A DNA stretch of 46,291 bases from an uncultured Campylobacter sp. (GTDB lineage Bacteria > Campylobacterota > Campylobacteria > Campylobacterales > Campylobacteraceae). The stretch's first letter is position 1, and each line of letters opens with the position of its first letter. Positions 20,337 to 30,146 of this stretch are shown here, piece by piece. The stretch spans positions 1 to 46,291 of the forward strand of contig NZ_CALKTS010000149.1 in assembly GCF_937997595.1 (NCBI RefSeq), given 5' to 3'. The position numbers and the translations under genes are program-made. Under the pieces are notes generated by a model that was not told where the DNA came from, did not search any database, and saw nothing but the letters and a program-made list of their open reading frames with translations.

Positions 20337-21656
20337 TTATAAAATGTATTTCGCCAGATCCTCGTCGCTTGCGATGCCTGCGAGCTTTTCGCTTACGAGC
20401 TTCTCATCCACGACGATCTTTTGCCCTTTAAACTTATCCGCTTCGAAGCTGATATCCTCAAGCACCTTTTCCATTATCGTATGCAGCCTTCTAGCGCCGA
20501 TATCCTCGACCTTTTCGTTCGTGCTTGCCGCAAATTTCGCGATCGCTTTAACCCCGTCCTCGCTAAATTCCAGCTCGACGCCCTCGGTCTTTAAAAGCGC
20601 CGAGTACTGCTTAAGAAGCGAATTTTTTGGCTTCGTTAAAATTTCACACAGCGCCGCCTCGTCCAAGCTGTCAAGCTCGACGCGAAGCGGGAAGCGCCCC
20701 TGAAGCTCGGGTATGAGATCGCTCGGCTTGCTGATATGAAAGGCGCCCGCGGCGATAAAAAGGATGTGATCGGTGTCGATATTGCCGAATTTCGTGCTTA
20801 CGCTGCTGCCCTCCACGATCGGAAGCAGATCGCGCTGCACCCCCTCTTTGCTCGGATCCTGCCTGCCGCTATTGCCGCTTGAGACAGCCACCTTATCGAT
20901 CTCGTCGATAAAGATAATGCCCTCGTTTTGCGCGCGTCTAACGGCTTCGGCTTTGATGCTCTCCATATCTAAGACCTTTTCGCTAGCCTCGCTTTTAAGG
21001 GCAACCTTAGCGTCTTTGACCTTCATCTCTTTTTTGCTTTTACGCGTCGAAATTCCGATTACTTTGATGAAGCTTTCCTGCATATTCGCCATCTCGGGCG
21101 GCAAATTTGGATTTGACTCAAGTGCGTTTTCGCTCACTTCAATCTCGATGCCAAGATCGTCCAGATCGCCGCGTTCGAGCTTGGCTGCCATCTTTTCGTA
21201 GCTTTTTTCGTAATCTGCGATCTTCTCATCGCTCGCTCCGCGCGGAAGCGGCGGAAGGACTTTTTCTAAAATTTTACGCTTGATGTAATCATCGATCTTA
21301 TCTTTGTTCTTTTCAAATTCCTCGCCGCGCACTAAATTTACCGACGCAGCGGCCAGATCGCGCACCATGCTCTCCACGTCGCGCCCCACGAAGCCCACTT
21401 CGGTGTATTTGCTAGCCTCGACCTTGATAAAAGGAAGCCCGAACATCTTCGAAAGCCTGCGCGCGATCTCGGTCTTACCCACGCCGGTAGAGCCGATCAT
21501 CAGGATGTTTTTGGGCATCACCTCGTTTTTCATCTCATCTTCGAGCGCCATTCTGCGGTAGCGATTTCGCAAAGCCACCGCTATCGTGCGTTTGGCGCTA
21601 TTTTGTCCGATTATATATTCGTCTAGTTTCTCTACGATCTGCTTTGGCGTCATCAT
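20337..21656 (-). CDS. hslU: HslUV protease ATPase subunit HslU
   Basis: Start revised to ATG 21656 (ATGA overlap with the hslV stop); [54 protein letters not shown]. Confidence 0.97.
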   Translation of the reverse strand: MMTPKQIVEKLDEYIIGQNSAKRTIAVALRNRYRRMALEDEMKNEVMPKNILMIGSTGVGKTEIARRLSKMFGLPFIKVEASKYTEVGFVGRDVESMVRDLAAASVNLVRGEEFEKNKDKIDDYIKRKILEKVLPPLPRGASDEKIADYEKSYEKMAAKLERGDLDDLGIEIEVSENALESNPNLPPEMANMQESFIKVIGISTRKSKKEMKVKDAKVALKSEASEKVLDMESIKAEAVRRAQNEGIIFIDEIDKVAVSSGNSGRQDPSKEGVQRDLLPIVEGSSVSTKFGNIDTDHILFIAAGAFHISKPSDLIPELQGRFPLRVELDSLDEAALCEILTKPKNSLLKQYSALLKTEGVELEFSEDGVKAIAKFAASTNEKVEDIGARRLHTIMEKVLEDISFEADKFKGQKIVVDEKLVSEKLAGIASDEDLAKYIL

Positions 21657-22201
21657 CTCTTTTCGTCCCAAATTGCGTATGTTTTGATGTTTTCGTTCGT
21701 GTAAATGCAAATCTCGCCCGCGATCTTAAGGCTTTGCTTTACGAGCTCCTCTTCGTCTAGACTAGCAAATTTATCCAAAGCTCGCGCCGCGCTAAGAGCG
21801 TAATTCCCGCCGCTTCCGATCGCCGCGATCTTGCCGTCGTCCGGCTCTACCACATCGCCCGTACCGCTAAGCAGAAAGATATTTTTGCGGTCCAGCACCA
21901 GCATCATCGCTTCGAGCTTTCGCAGATACTTATCCTTGCGCCACTGCTTGCTAAATTCTATCACGGCCCTTAAAAGATCGCCCTTTGCGCCATCTAAGCA
22001 CTTCTCAAACATATCAAAAAGATTAAACGCATCGGCGGTGCTGCCCGCAAAGCCCGCCAAGACGTTACCCTCTTTGCCGATCTTTCGAATTTTAGTCGCG
22101 TTGCCCTTTAAGACGGTGTTTCCAAACGTTACCTGCCCGTCGCCGCCGATGACAGAGCCCTTCGCGCCTTTATAAGCTAAAATGGTAGTCGCTTCAAACA
22201 C
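21653..22201 (-). CDS. hslV: HslUV protease peptidase subunit HslV
   Basis: ATTIL catalytic Thr, [30 protein letters not shown]. Confidence 0.97.
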   Translation of the reverse strand: MFEATTILAYKGAKGSVIGGDGQVTFGNTVLKGNATKIRKIGKEGNVLAGFAGSTADAFNLFDMFEKCLDGAKGDLLRAVIEFSKQWRKDKYLRKLEAMMLVLDRKNIFLLSGTGDVVEPDDGKIAAIGSGGNYALSAARALDKFASLDEEELVKQSLKIAGEICIYTNENIKTYAIWDEKR

Positions 22202-22637
22202 TAGCCACCTCTATCTCAAATTTAGCGCTTATACCGTGCTTTAGCTTGGCATTTACGTCGTAGATCCCGGTCGTTTTGATAGCCTCGGTCTCTAAAATTT
22301 TCTTATCAATTTCGATCCCCTTTTGCTCTTTTAGCGCGGTTGCGATCTCATCTTTGGTAACCGAACCGAAAAGCGCGCCGCTCTCGCCCGTCTGTTTTAC
22401 GATCTTTACGCGGATCTTAGCTAGCTCCTCGGCTAGTTTTTGCAAGCTTGCGACCTCGTATTTTTCAAGTTCGGCTTGCTTTTTCTTATCCGCTTCAAAT
22501 TTACGCAAAACCTCCGTCGTAGCGGCTTTGGCGTAGCCTTTGCCGATTAGGAAGTTATTGCCGTAGCCATCCTTGACCTCCTTTACCTCGCCCGCCTTTC
22601 CGAGCCCCTTAACGTCTTTTATCAATAATACTTTCAT
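22194..22637 (-). CDS. rplI: 50S ribosomal protein L9
   Basis: [30 protein letters not shown] and LFGSVT. Confidence 0.97.
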   Translation of the reverse strand: MKVLLIKDVKGLGKAGEVKEVKDGYGNNFLIGKGYAKAATTEVLRKFEADKKKQAELEKYEVASLQKLAEELAKIRVKIVKQTGESGALFGSVTKDEIATALKEQKGIEIDKKILETEAIKTTGIYDVNAKLKHGISAKFEIEVASV

Positions 22638-22818
22638 CCATTATCCTTTTAAATTTAGCTTTAAATTTATAAAATTTTATAAGCGGCGCGGGCGTATCTA
22701 AAATTTCGTGAAATTTTATGAAATTTGCCCGCAGCCGCTCGCTACTTTTCCGATAAATTTTAAAATTTCGTTTTGTGAAATTTGCCTACACACCTTGCCG
22801 CTATAGGCAAAATTTCAT

Positions 22819-24039
22819 CTAAAGCTTGCGTCCGTTCTTGCCCGCGATGATAAATCTTAGCGCGCTTAGCTTGATAAATCCGTCGCCGTCTTTTTGATTG
22901 AAAACTTTATCCTCTTCAAACGTCACAAAATCTGTATTGAACAAGCTATCACTCTTGCTCTCCCTGCCCAGCACGGTCACGTTGCCCTTATAAAGCTCTA
23001 GCTTAACCTTACCGTTTACGTGCTCTTGGGATTTGTTTATCAGCTCTTGAAGCAGCAAGCGCTCCGGGCTGAACCAAAAGCCGTTGTAGATAAGCTCGGC
23101 GTAGCGCGGCATCAGATCGTCTTTTAGATGCGCTGCGCCGCGATCCAGCGTGATGCTCTCGATCGCGCGGTGAGCCTTTAGCATGATCGTGCCGCCCGGA
23201 GTTTCGTAGCAGCCGCGACTCTTCATGCCGACATAGCGGTTTTCAACAAGATCGAGCCTACCGATGCCGTTTTTAGCGCCGAGCTCGTTAAGCGCTGCTA
23301 GCATCTCGTGCGGCTTAAGCGCTTTGCCGTTTAGCTTTGCGGGATCGCCGTGTTTATATTCGATCTCGATGATCTCGCTCTTATCTGGCGCATTTTTAGG
23401 GCTTACGGTCCATCGCCACATATCCTCCTCGGGCGCATGAGCGGGATCTTCTAGCACCAAGCCCTCGTAGGAGATATGAAGGATATTCGCATCCATTGAA
23501 TATGGCGATTTGCCAGGCTTTGAGGCGATGTCGATGCCGTTTTTCTTAGCGTAAGCAAGCAGCTTCTCGCGAGAGTTCAGATCCCACAACCTCCACGGCG
23601 CAATCACCTTAATATCGGGATTTAGCGCGTATGCGCCAAGCTCGAAGCGGACTTGGTCGTTACCCTTACCGGTCGCGCCGTGGCTTACGGCATCCGCACC
23701 AGTTTTTTTAGCAATTTCGACTAACTTTTTAGCGATCAACGGGCGCGCGATCGACGTGCCTAAAAGATACTCGCCCTCATAGACGGCATTTGCGCGAAAC
23801 ATCGGAAATACGTAATCGCGCACGAATTCCTCGCGCAAATCCTCTACGAAGATATTTTCCTTTTTGATGCCCAGTTTCACAGCTTTATTTTTAATAGGCT
23901 CCAAATCCTCATTCTGACCGATATCTGCGGTAAAAGTCACCACATCGCAGCCGTAAGTATCGCCGAGCCACTTTAAAATAATACTAGTATCTAGTCCTCC
24001 GGAATACGCCAAAACGACCTTTTTTACATCTTTTGCCAT
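22819..24039 (-). CDS. argG: Argininosuccinate synthase
   Basis: Start revised to ATG 24039 (MAKDVKK) with [43 protein letters not shown]. Confidence 0.97.
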   Translation of the reverse strand: MAKDVKKVVLAYSGGLDTSIILKWLGDTYGCDVVTFTADIGQNEDLEPIKNKAVKLGIKKENIFVEDLREEFVRDYVFPMFRANAVYEGEYLLGTSIARPLIAKKLVEIAKKTGADAVSHGATGKGNDQVRFELGAYALNPDIKVIAPWRLWDLNSREKLLAYAKKNGIDIASKPGKSPYSMDANILHISYEGLVLEDPAHAPEEDMWRWTVSPKNAPDKSEIIEIEYKHGDPAKLNGKALKPHEMLAALNELGAKNGIGRLDLVENRYVGMKSRGCYETPGGTIMLKAHRAIESITLDRGAAHLKDDLMPRYAELIYNGFWFSPERLLLQELINKSQEHVNGKVKLELYKGNVTVLGRESKSDSLFNTDFVTFEEDKVFNQKDGDGFIKLSALRFIIAGKNGRKL

Positions 24040-24127
24040 CTCAAATCCTTTACGTAAAATTTGGCGAAATTCTACCAAAAATAGTTTAATAGTTGCTTTT
24101 AAGGCAAATATCGCTAAACTCACGCTT

Positions 24128-24373
24128 ATGAGAATCGATAAATTTTTAAACGCAGTAAATATCACCAAGCGGCGCGCCATCAGCGAAGATATGTGCAAAA
24201 GCGGCGTCGTAGCCGTAAACGGCGCGGTAGTAAAGCCCGCCAAAGAGCTTAAAATCGGCGACGTAATCACGATAAGCTTTTTAGATAGAAAACAAAGCTT
24301 TAAGGTTCTAGCCTTTCCTAGCGCGAAAAATACGCCCAAAAACGAGCAGGCGAAGTATGTCCAAGAGCTTTAA
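24128..24373 (+). CDS. S4-domain RNA-binding protein (Hsp15/RqcP-like)
   Basis: MRIDKFL..KRR...[15 protein letters not shown]. Confidence 0.9.
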   Translation: MRIDKFLNAVNITKRRAISEDMCKSGVVAVNGAVVKPAKELKIGDVITISFLDRKQSFKVLAFPSAKNTPKNEQAKYVQEL

Positions 24374-24764
24374 ACTCATCTGCGGCGAGGATGAAATTTC
24401 ACGCCTCGTGCAGGCGTTGCCAAAAAGCGGCATAATCTTGCTCATCGGCGATCTTGCCAGCGGCAAAACGACGCTTGCGCGCGCGATCGTGCGGGCGCAC
24501 GGATTAGACGAGCACGTGAGCTCACCTACGTTTTCGATCATGCAAAACTATGGCGAAATTTATCATTACGACATCTATAACGGCGGCTGCGAAGGGATTT
24601 TAAAAAACGGGCTATTTGAAAATTTATTTGAAGAGGGGCTTCATCTGATCGAATGGGCGGATGAAAATTTGATAAATTTACTTAAAAAATATGAGCTTGA
24701 TTTTTGCGTAGTGAGGATCACGCCGCACGCGCAAGGGCGAAAATACGAGGTAAGCTATGCATAA
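24357..24764 (+). CDS. tsaE: tRNA threonylcarbamoyladenosine biosynthesis ATPase TsaE
   Basis: [24 protein letters not shown]. Confidence 0.93.
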   Translation: MSKSFKLICGEDEISRLVQALPKSGIILLIGDLASGKTTLARAIVRAHGLDEHVSSPTFSIMQNYGEIYHYDIYNGGCEGILKNGLFENLFEEGLHLIEWADENLINLLKKYELDFCVVRITPHAQGRKYEVSYA

Positions 24765-25479
24765 ACTGGAAGTCAGGAGTCTAAAAAAAACCATAAAAGG
24801 CACGCCGATCATTAAGGGCATCTCGCTGGAGCTTTACAACGGCGAGATCGTGGGGCTGCTAGGGCCCAATGGCGCGGGCAAAACCACGACGTTTTATATG
24901 ATCTGCGGGCTGATAAGCGCTAGCGGCGGCGATATCTTGCTTAATGAAAATAGCATCGCAAAAGTTCCGCTTCACAAACGCGCCAAGCTCGGCATCGGCT
25001 ACCTGCCACAAGAAAGCAGCATCTTTAAGGAGCTTAGCGTTGAAGAAAATTTAATGCTCGCCGCGGAGATCACCTACAAAAACAAAACGGAGGCCTCACG
25101 AAAGGTCGATGAGATGCTAAATCTGCTCAATATCGAGCCGATCAGATTGCGCAAAGGCGTGAGCCTAAGCGGCGGCGAGCGCAGACGCTGCGAGATCGCG
25201 CGGAGCCTGATGATAACGCCGAAATTCCTACTTTTAGATGAGCCGTTTGCAGGCGTCGATCCGATCGCCGTTAACGACATCCAAAGCATCGTGCGCGATT
25301 TAAGCGATCTTGGCATCGGCGTGCTCATCACCGATCACAATGTCCGCGAAACGCTTGCGATCTGCGACCGCGCCTACGTCATCAAAGACGGCGAGCTGTT
25401 CGCCGGCGGCACCGCAAAAGAGATAGCCAGCGATCCAAATGTGCGCAAATTCTACCTCGGCGAGGATTTTAGCATCTAA
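24757..25479 (+). CDS. lptB: LPS export ABC ATPase LptB
   Basis: GLLGPNGAGKTTTFYM, GYLPQE, LSGGERRR, DEPFAGVDP, TDHNVRETL, YLGEDF. Confidence 0.96.
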   Translation: MHKLEVRSLKKTIKGTPIIKGISLELYNGEIVGLLGPNGAGKTTTFYMICGLISASGGDILLNENSIAKVPLHKRAKLGIGYLPQESSIFKELSVEENLMLAAEITYKNKTEASRKVDEMLNLLNIEPIRLRKGVSLSGGERRRCEIARSLMITPKFLLLDEPFAGVDPIAVNDIQSIVRDLSDLGIGVLITDHNVRETLAICDRAYVIKDGELFAGGTAKEIASDPNVRKFYLGEDFSI

Positions 25480-25879
25480 GTCAGCCAGAGCGCTTTAGAT
25501 TTTCAGCTCCCGCTTCGGCGCGCGCATTAATTTCTGCAATTTAAATTTTACGATTTAAAATTCAAGTGTACGGCTGCGACTGGCTGTACGCGTGCCTCTC
25601 GACCTAAATCTGCGTATTAAAATTTTAAAGCCCGTAAAGCCTCGGCGCTCAATAATTTCACGCCCGTTTTAATTTACATATTAAATTTTGAGGCGTAGCG
25701 CTTCGGTGCGAGGCGCGTATTAGTATGGTTTGAATTTTGTGCTTAAAATTTTGAAATAGTTATGACGGCGAGATTTAAACTCGGCGTCTAAATCTCGCGC
25801 ATCAATTTTTGAAGTGCGTCTCGGGCTCGTTTTTAAATTTCAAAAGGCGTTTTGTACACTGTAAATTTTAAATAATTTA

Positions 25880-26392
25880 GGCTCAATTAAACTTAAGCGG
25901 ATTCTCTCTTATCAATTTTAATAGTTTCTGATATAGGTTTTCCTGTGTAGTTTTAGTATTATATCTAAATTCACATTCCTTTAGGTGCAACAGAAAATTC
26001 TCTTTCTTTATCCCTTTAAATTTAGCTAGTCTATGTTTAGCATAACCCCAGAAGTTTTCTATGCCGTTTATATGATTTTCACCATTAGCAAATTCATTCT
26101 TTGAGTGCTTTACCCTGTAGTGTGCTTTGGCTCCGTAATCTACCAAACCGTCATAAGCCTTCCAACAATCAGAATAGATAGTAGAGCTATCAAGCTCGCT
26201 ATATTGAGATAATATAGGTATCAACTCACTAGCAGAGCAGTTCTTAACTACTTGAGTATAGACCTTACCGTCACGCTTTAGCATTCTCTCTAAATTTAGC
26301 TTCAGAAATTCCTGAACGGACTATATACTTATTTTTCATAGCTCTCATCGTAACTTACTGCTCCTTTGTGTGAGCTTAAGTTAAAGAAAGCC
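25880..26392 (-). mobile_element. Internally deleted IS1595-family element (513 bp)
   Basis: Imperfect 19 bp terminal inverted repeats (25880-25898 GGCTCAATTAAACTTAAGC versus the reverse complement of 26374-26392, 15/19). Flanking 8-mers ATAATTTA and TAAATTTA match 6/8. Confidence 0.85.
25883..26339 (-). pseudogene. IS1595 (ISXO2-like) transposase remnant
   Basis: N-terminus MKNKYIVRSGISEAKFRE (ATG 26339) is joined out of frame to a C-terminal fragment with IYSDCWKAYDGL, HYRVKH, HINGIENFW and HLKECEFRYN. The first catalytic Asp region is missing. Confidence 0.85.
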
Positions 26393-26540
26393 TAAATTTA
26401 ATTTAAAAAAAATCCAAATATCTATGGAATTTAAGCAAAAGCGTAGTATAATTGCCCATAAATATCTAATGGACTAATATTAGTTGTTATGGACTATTTA
26501 TGAACATTAGATATTCAATATTAAATCCAAGGAGAATATC

Positions 26541-26774
26541 ATGAAATTAAATGATATCAAAAATGATAGTTGGCTAACGCCCGACCAGCTTCAAGAACAG
26601 TACGGCATTTCTAGGACTCAACAGGCAAAACTTAGGATGCGGCGTAACTATAAAGATGGTGCTACAAAGTATCCTATTCCGTTTGTAAAGATAGGTAAAC
26701 ATATTTTGTATCTAAAAACAGATATAGAAAAATGGCTATTATCTCAAAGAAAAGGAGCGATATGCGATGAGTAG
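26541..26774 (+). CDS. AlpA/excisionase-like HTH protein
   Basis: WLTPDQLQEQYGISRTQQAKLR...IPFVKIGKHILYLKTDIEKWL matches the HTH_17/AlpA pattern; AAGGAG RBS. Confidence 0.8.
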   Translation: MKLNDIKNDSWLTPDQLQEQYGISRTQQAKLRMRRNYKDGATKYPIPFVKIGKHILYLKTDIEKWLLSQRKGAICDE

Positions 26775-28206
26775 GAGATCGAAAAAGAAAAGAGCTCCGT
26801 ATTCTTATGAGAAGGTGAATACGGAGCGAGTAAAAAGCAGAATAGAATGCTTAAATACGAGTATAAGTATACCCAACTATCCTTTAAATGCCCCTGAAAT
26901 CATCGTAAGCGAGGGGCAGAAAGAAAAGCTTGCGGCTATTTATAAAACCCCGTTTGGCTTTAGCTCGGAAGCTTTGGAAAGGTGGTGCAAGTTCTCATTC
27001 GAGCATGTTCCTTCTAACTACCGACAGATTGAGTTAGTTGCCTTGCAGACACTATCGGCTATTCTAGTCTTTCATTGCGATTTAAACATAAATCCTTTTT
27101 GGGTTTTAGACATAAGCGATAGCGGAACGGGTAAAGGCACAAATTTGCGCTTTCAAAAGAAATTGTTTAAAAGCGTAATCGATAAGCTGAAAGAAAACGC
27201 AAAGTTCAACGAAGAGCATAAAAACGCGATCAAAGACAATAAAAGCTTGCTTCGCCCCACTTTATTTTTTGGCGACATTAAGGCTACGCAAGAGGGCTTT
27301 TATGCTACTCTTACTGAAGCGAATGTGCTTTATTTTCTATTCGGTGAAATAGCCGATACCCTAAAGAATCCAGCAAGATCGGAGCTACTTAATACTTTAA
27401 CGGAGCAACACGGATCTATCTCTAAATTTACCCCCGGTATATATAAAAATGCGCAGAACCTGCCGCCTGAAGTAAGCGGCAAAATCTATATCTATGCCGA
27501 TACCAATATACAACAGCTAGGTGGAGACGATAAGCTCGTTAAGGCTTTTGCGGGTGGTTTTATCAATCGCTTTATACTTATTTATACTAAGAACATACTT
27601 AAGTATGAAGATAGCAGATATAAAGAGGCTAGTGACTTGGAGTTAGAGCCTTATTTAAAGTGGGTAGATGACATGGTGGATTTTTTTATGACGGTGCGTC
27701 CTAGCCCCGATATAGATATAAATTCCGTTTACGACGATCCGAGTTTTGATAAATTCGCTAGACAGATTCATTCTAGCTTGCAAGATGGCAAATTAGAATT
27801 CAAAGAATTCTATAATCGCCAAATCTACAATTTACAGGCTATCATTCAAATTTTGCATTGTGTCACAGAATACGATCGCTATCAAGGCTCTACGCAAGAA
27901 ATTTGGGAGTTTGAATTTAACAATATCCCTTCTAGCGATACCATTAAGGAAGCGATAAGATTTTGTGGCTTTTATTTTGATGTCAAACCCTTTCTGCAAG
28001 AGTTAGACAGTGCAGCAGAAGGTATTTTTAACCTTAGAAATGAACTTCTAGAGAGAATAAAAGCCAATCCAAGCCTAACGCCTAGAGATATTTTAATGAG
28101 TAGAAAATATAGGAAATATGGGCTAACTAATAGTTCTTTATCAAATATACTTGATGGCTTTGTAAAACCTTGGAGAGGACAACAAGAATGCTTTATTTTA
28201 ATCTAA
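26767..28206 (+). CDS. YfjI/DUF3987-like P-loop NTPase (putative replicative helicase)
   Basis: Walker A-like ISDSGTGKG, ATQEG, GEI and GFINRF motifs; overlaps the AlpA gene end as in satellite replication modules. Confidence 0.65.
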   Translation: MSRRSKKKRAPYSYEKVNTERVKSRIECLNTSISIPNYPLNAPEIIVSEGQKEKLAAIYKTPFGFSSEALERWCKFSFEHVPSNYRQIELVALQTLSAILVFHCDLNINPFWVLDISDSGTGKGTNLRFQKKLFKSVIDKLKENAKFNEEHKNAIKDNKSLLRPTLFFGDIKATQEGFYATLTEANVLYFLFGEIADTLKNPARSELLNTLTEQHGSISKFTPGIYKNAQNLPPEVSGKIYIYADTNIQQLGGDDKLVKAFAGGFINRFILIYTKNILKYEDSRYKEASDLELEPYLKWVDDMVDFFMTVRPSPDIDINSVYDDPSFDKFARQIHSSLQDGKLEFKEFYNRQIYNLQAIIQILHCVTEYDRYQGSTQEIWEFEFNNIPSSDTIKEAIRFCGFYFDVKPFLQELDSAAEGIFNLRNELLERIKANPSLTPRDILMSRKYRKYGLTNSSLSNILDGFVKPWRGQQECFILI

Positions 28207-28216
28207 TATTAAAGTT

Positions 28217-28314
28217 TTTGTGGCAAGTGGCAGCTTTGTGGCAACTTTTTGCCACACGACTTCGCCACGATTATAAGGGAGCTAGAAGCACCTTTGTGGC
28301 AATGTGGCAGCTTT
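28217..28314. repeat. GTGGCA iteron cluster (putative replication origin)
   Basis: GTGGCA at 28220, 28227, 28238, 28296 and 28304; reverse TGCCAC at 28250 and CGCCAC at 28263; near-identical TTTGTGGCAA(T)GTGGCAGCTTT at 28217 and 28293. Confidence 0.7.
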
Positions 28315-28377
28315 CTTATAAAAGTAGAAAAAAGAATGAATTTAGGCGAAATTTTAAATATATTAAAGGATAAAGTT

Positions 28378-28620
28378 ATGACAAATAATCTTAATTTTAG
28401 TGCTCCATGCGAGGGTAGCAGCTCGGAGTTTGATTTGGGCTGCTTGAATTATGATGAAAAGAATAAGCGTTGTATGTGTGCGGCAACCGATATAGGGCGT
28501 TTAAAAATATGCGAAGATTATCGCAAAGCCGTTTATAGCGTTTTGGCTGATTTTGAGAAAAGCGAGATTTCTCAAGGAAATAGTCTTGATCTAGGTGAGC
28601 GTTGCTTTTATGAAAGTTAA
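28378..28620 (+). CDS. Small Cys-rich hypothetical protein (~80 aa)
   Basis: ATG 28378 with AAAGGA RBS, in frame with ORF 28249..28620; six Cys. Confidence 0.5.
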   Translation: MTNNLNFSAPCEGSSSEFDLGCLNYDEKNKRCMCAATDIGRLKICEDYRKAVYSVLADFEKSEISQGNSLDLGERCFYES

Positions 28621-28638
28621 AATTATGAAAAAGCTTTG

Positions 28639-28761
28639 ACCGGTAGGAGCGAGCGTCGCTGCGCTCCGCTCGGGGGAACGAAAGATCGATTAAATTCTTT
28701 TCTTTCCTGGATTGTGATATTCCCCCAGCGCAAGCGATAGCGCAGCGCTGCCCCTAACGGT
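28639..28761. other. GC-rich long hairpin; candidate single-strand initiation (ssi/sso) site
   Basis: Arms pair CCGGTAGG/CCTAACGG, CGCTGCGCT/AGCGCAGCG and GGGGGAA/TTCCCCC; lies immediately upstream of the primase-like gene. Confidence 0.5.
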
Positions 28762-28811
28762 AAATGAGCTTTCTCATCATAACCGATCAAATCGGAGAAA
28801 GGATTTTTTAT

Positions 28812-29993
28812 ATGAGATTATACATTGCTCTAAAAATATTTTACGATCCGAAAAAGCCCATAAGCGAAAAGAACGATCCAAATATTGCAAAAGATAAGAT
28901 GAAAAGCAGAGCAACGTATTTTACAAATTATTGCTTAAATGTCTCATCTATTAGCGGTTTAGAAAGCTTACTTAGTAGCTCTGCTGCCTTTGCTATGAAT
29001 AAGTGCTATCGAACGGAGAAGAATAAACATCTTTTTATCCGTCACGGCAAGAGCGGAGTCATATACTTTTACGGCGAAAAGAGTAAAGAGCCCGCTCGTA
29101 GCCAAGAGCCTAAGGATAGAGCTTATCGTAGTAATGATACTACCGAATTATTCCCGATCGTAGTTTTAGTATTGGACGTAGATTATCACGAAGGCGATAC
29201 AAAACCCCTTAGCGATCAGCAAATGCACGACAAGCTAAAGGCTATGAATATAAACCACATCATCTGTCGCACGTTTGATCCAAATAACCAATATGCTTAT
29301 CGTATCTTTATCGAAACTCTGCCGATAGAACAAACCGCCGAAAATTTAAAAGCAATCTACGCAGTAGCTAATGAAAAGTTAGGAATAAACTCCGACTTAG
29401 CCGTAACCGATAAGGCAAGAATGTTTTTTTGCTATGCAAGTTCTCGACCTTCTTTAAAATCTTTTTATGATGGAAAGGCTTTCGAAATTACGAGCGATGA
29501 AATTTCAAAAAAGCAAAGCGAGCTTAAAACTTTGCCCGTTAAAATTTTATCCACTCAAAACGATGAGCCTAGAAAAAATTCAGTCGCAAAAGATTTTTCA
29601 TCTCTAGGCGATATTAAAATTTATCGTGAGCCAGAGGTGATAAGAAAAAATGATTGGGTAGATTTTTCAGCTCTTAAAAAATCAAAAGCTCTCAACGACG
29701 AAGACAACATCAGAAAATTTTTGATCGAAAAGATGGATGCATTTTTTTCAGAGTCTTATGCTTTTAGTATCAGAGTAAACGATAAAAATCCAAGCGGACA
29801 TTTTAAAAAAGTGAACGACCATTTTATTTTTACAGACTTCGGCGAAACTCAAAACGGCAATGACCTTTTAGAATTTTATAGCACTCATAAAGGATTAAGT
29901 TTATCCCAAGCCGCTAAAGAAATCTGTGATTATTTTTGGGGGCGAAAATGGATCGGCGGAGAATATGACGATAATATAGAGGGATTAGAATGA
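28812..29993 (+). CDS. Archaeo-eukaryotic primase-like (Prim-Pol/RepB'-type) replication protein
   Basis: Start revised to ATG 28812 (AAAGGA RBS); VLVLDVD motif I, RTF..YRIFI, DLAVTDKARMFF; C-terminal DKNPS..FTDFG..GNDLLEF..GLSLSQAAKEI resembles a Cys-less primase zinc-binding fold. Confidence 0.6.
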   Translation: MRLYIALKIFYDPKKPISEKNDPNIAKDKMKSRATYFTNYCLNVSSISGLESLLSSSAAFAMNKCYRTEKNKHLFIRHGKSGVIYFYGEKSKEPARSQEPKDRAYRSNDTTELFPIVVLVLDVDYHEGDTKPLSDQQMHDKLKAMNINHIICRTFDPNNQYAYRIFIETLPIEQTAENLKAIYAVANEKLGINSDLAVTDKARMFFCYASSRPSLKSFYDGKAFEITSDEISKKQSELKTLPVKILSTQNDEPRKNSVAKDFSSLGDIKIYREPEVIRKNDWVDFSALKKSKALNDEDNIRKFLIEKMDAFFSESYAFSIRVNDKNPSGHFKKVNDHFIFTDFGETQNGNDLLEFYSTHKGLSLSQAAKEICDYFWGRKWIGGEYDDNIEGLE

Positions 29994-30019
29994 AAGAAAT
30001 TTATATAGTGCACAGAATG

Positions 30020-30070
30020 GCGAATTACCGCTTTGGTTAAACCAAAGCTATATTCGCACTATGTCCTGCC
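30020..30070 (+). other. Putative MOBP-type origin of transfer (oriT)
   Basis: Perfect inverted repeat GCTTTGGTT-A-AACCAAAGC (30030-30048), then ACTATGTCCTG^C (nic near 30068/30069) resembling IncP YATCCTG^Y; directly upstream of mobC-relaxase. Confidence 0.6.
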
Positions 30071-30146
30071 GACGGCTTGATGTGCTATCGCACTTGCTAC
30101 GCAAAACGCTTACGCGTAAATTTCATAATGAAAGGAAGGCGCCAAA

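Noticed and set aside
21657..21710. N-terminal extension of HslU
   Set aside because: It lies inside hslV; the ATGA-coupled start at 21656 gives the canonical MTPK N-terminus.
24040..24339. 100-aa N-terminal extension of ArgG in the ORF track
   Set aside because: It overlaps the S4 gene on the opposite strand; the real start with an RBS is ATG 24039.
28170..28377. ORF 28170-28373 and the 5' extension of ORF 28249-28620
   Set aside because: They run through the iteron cluster; the RBS-supported start is 28378.
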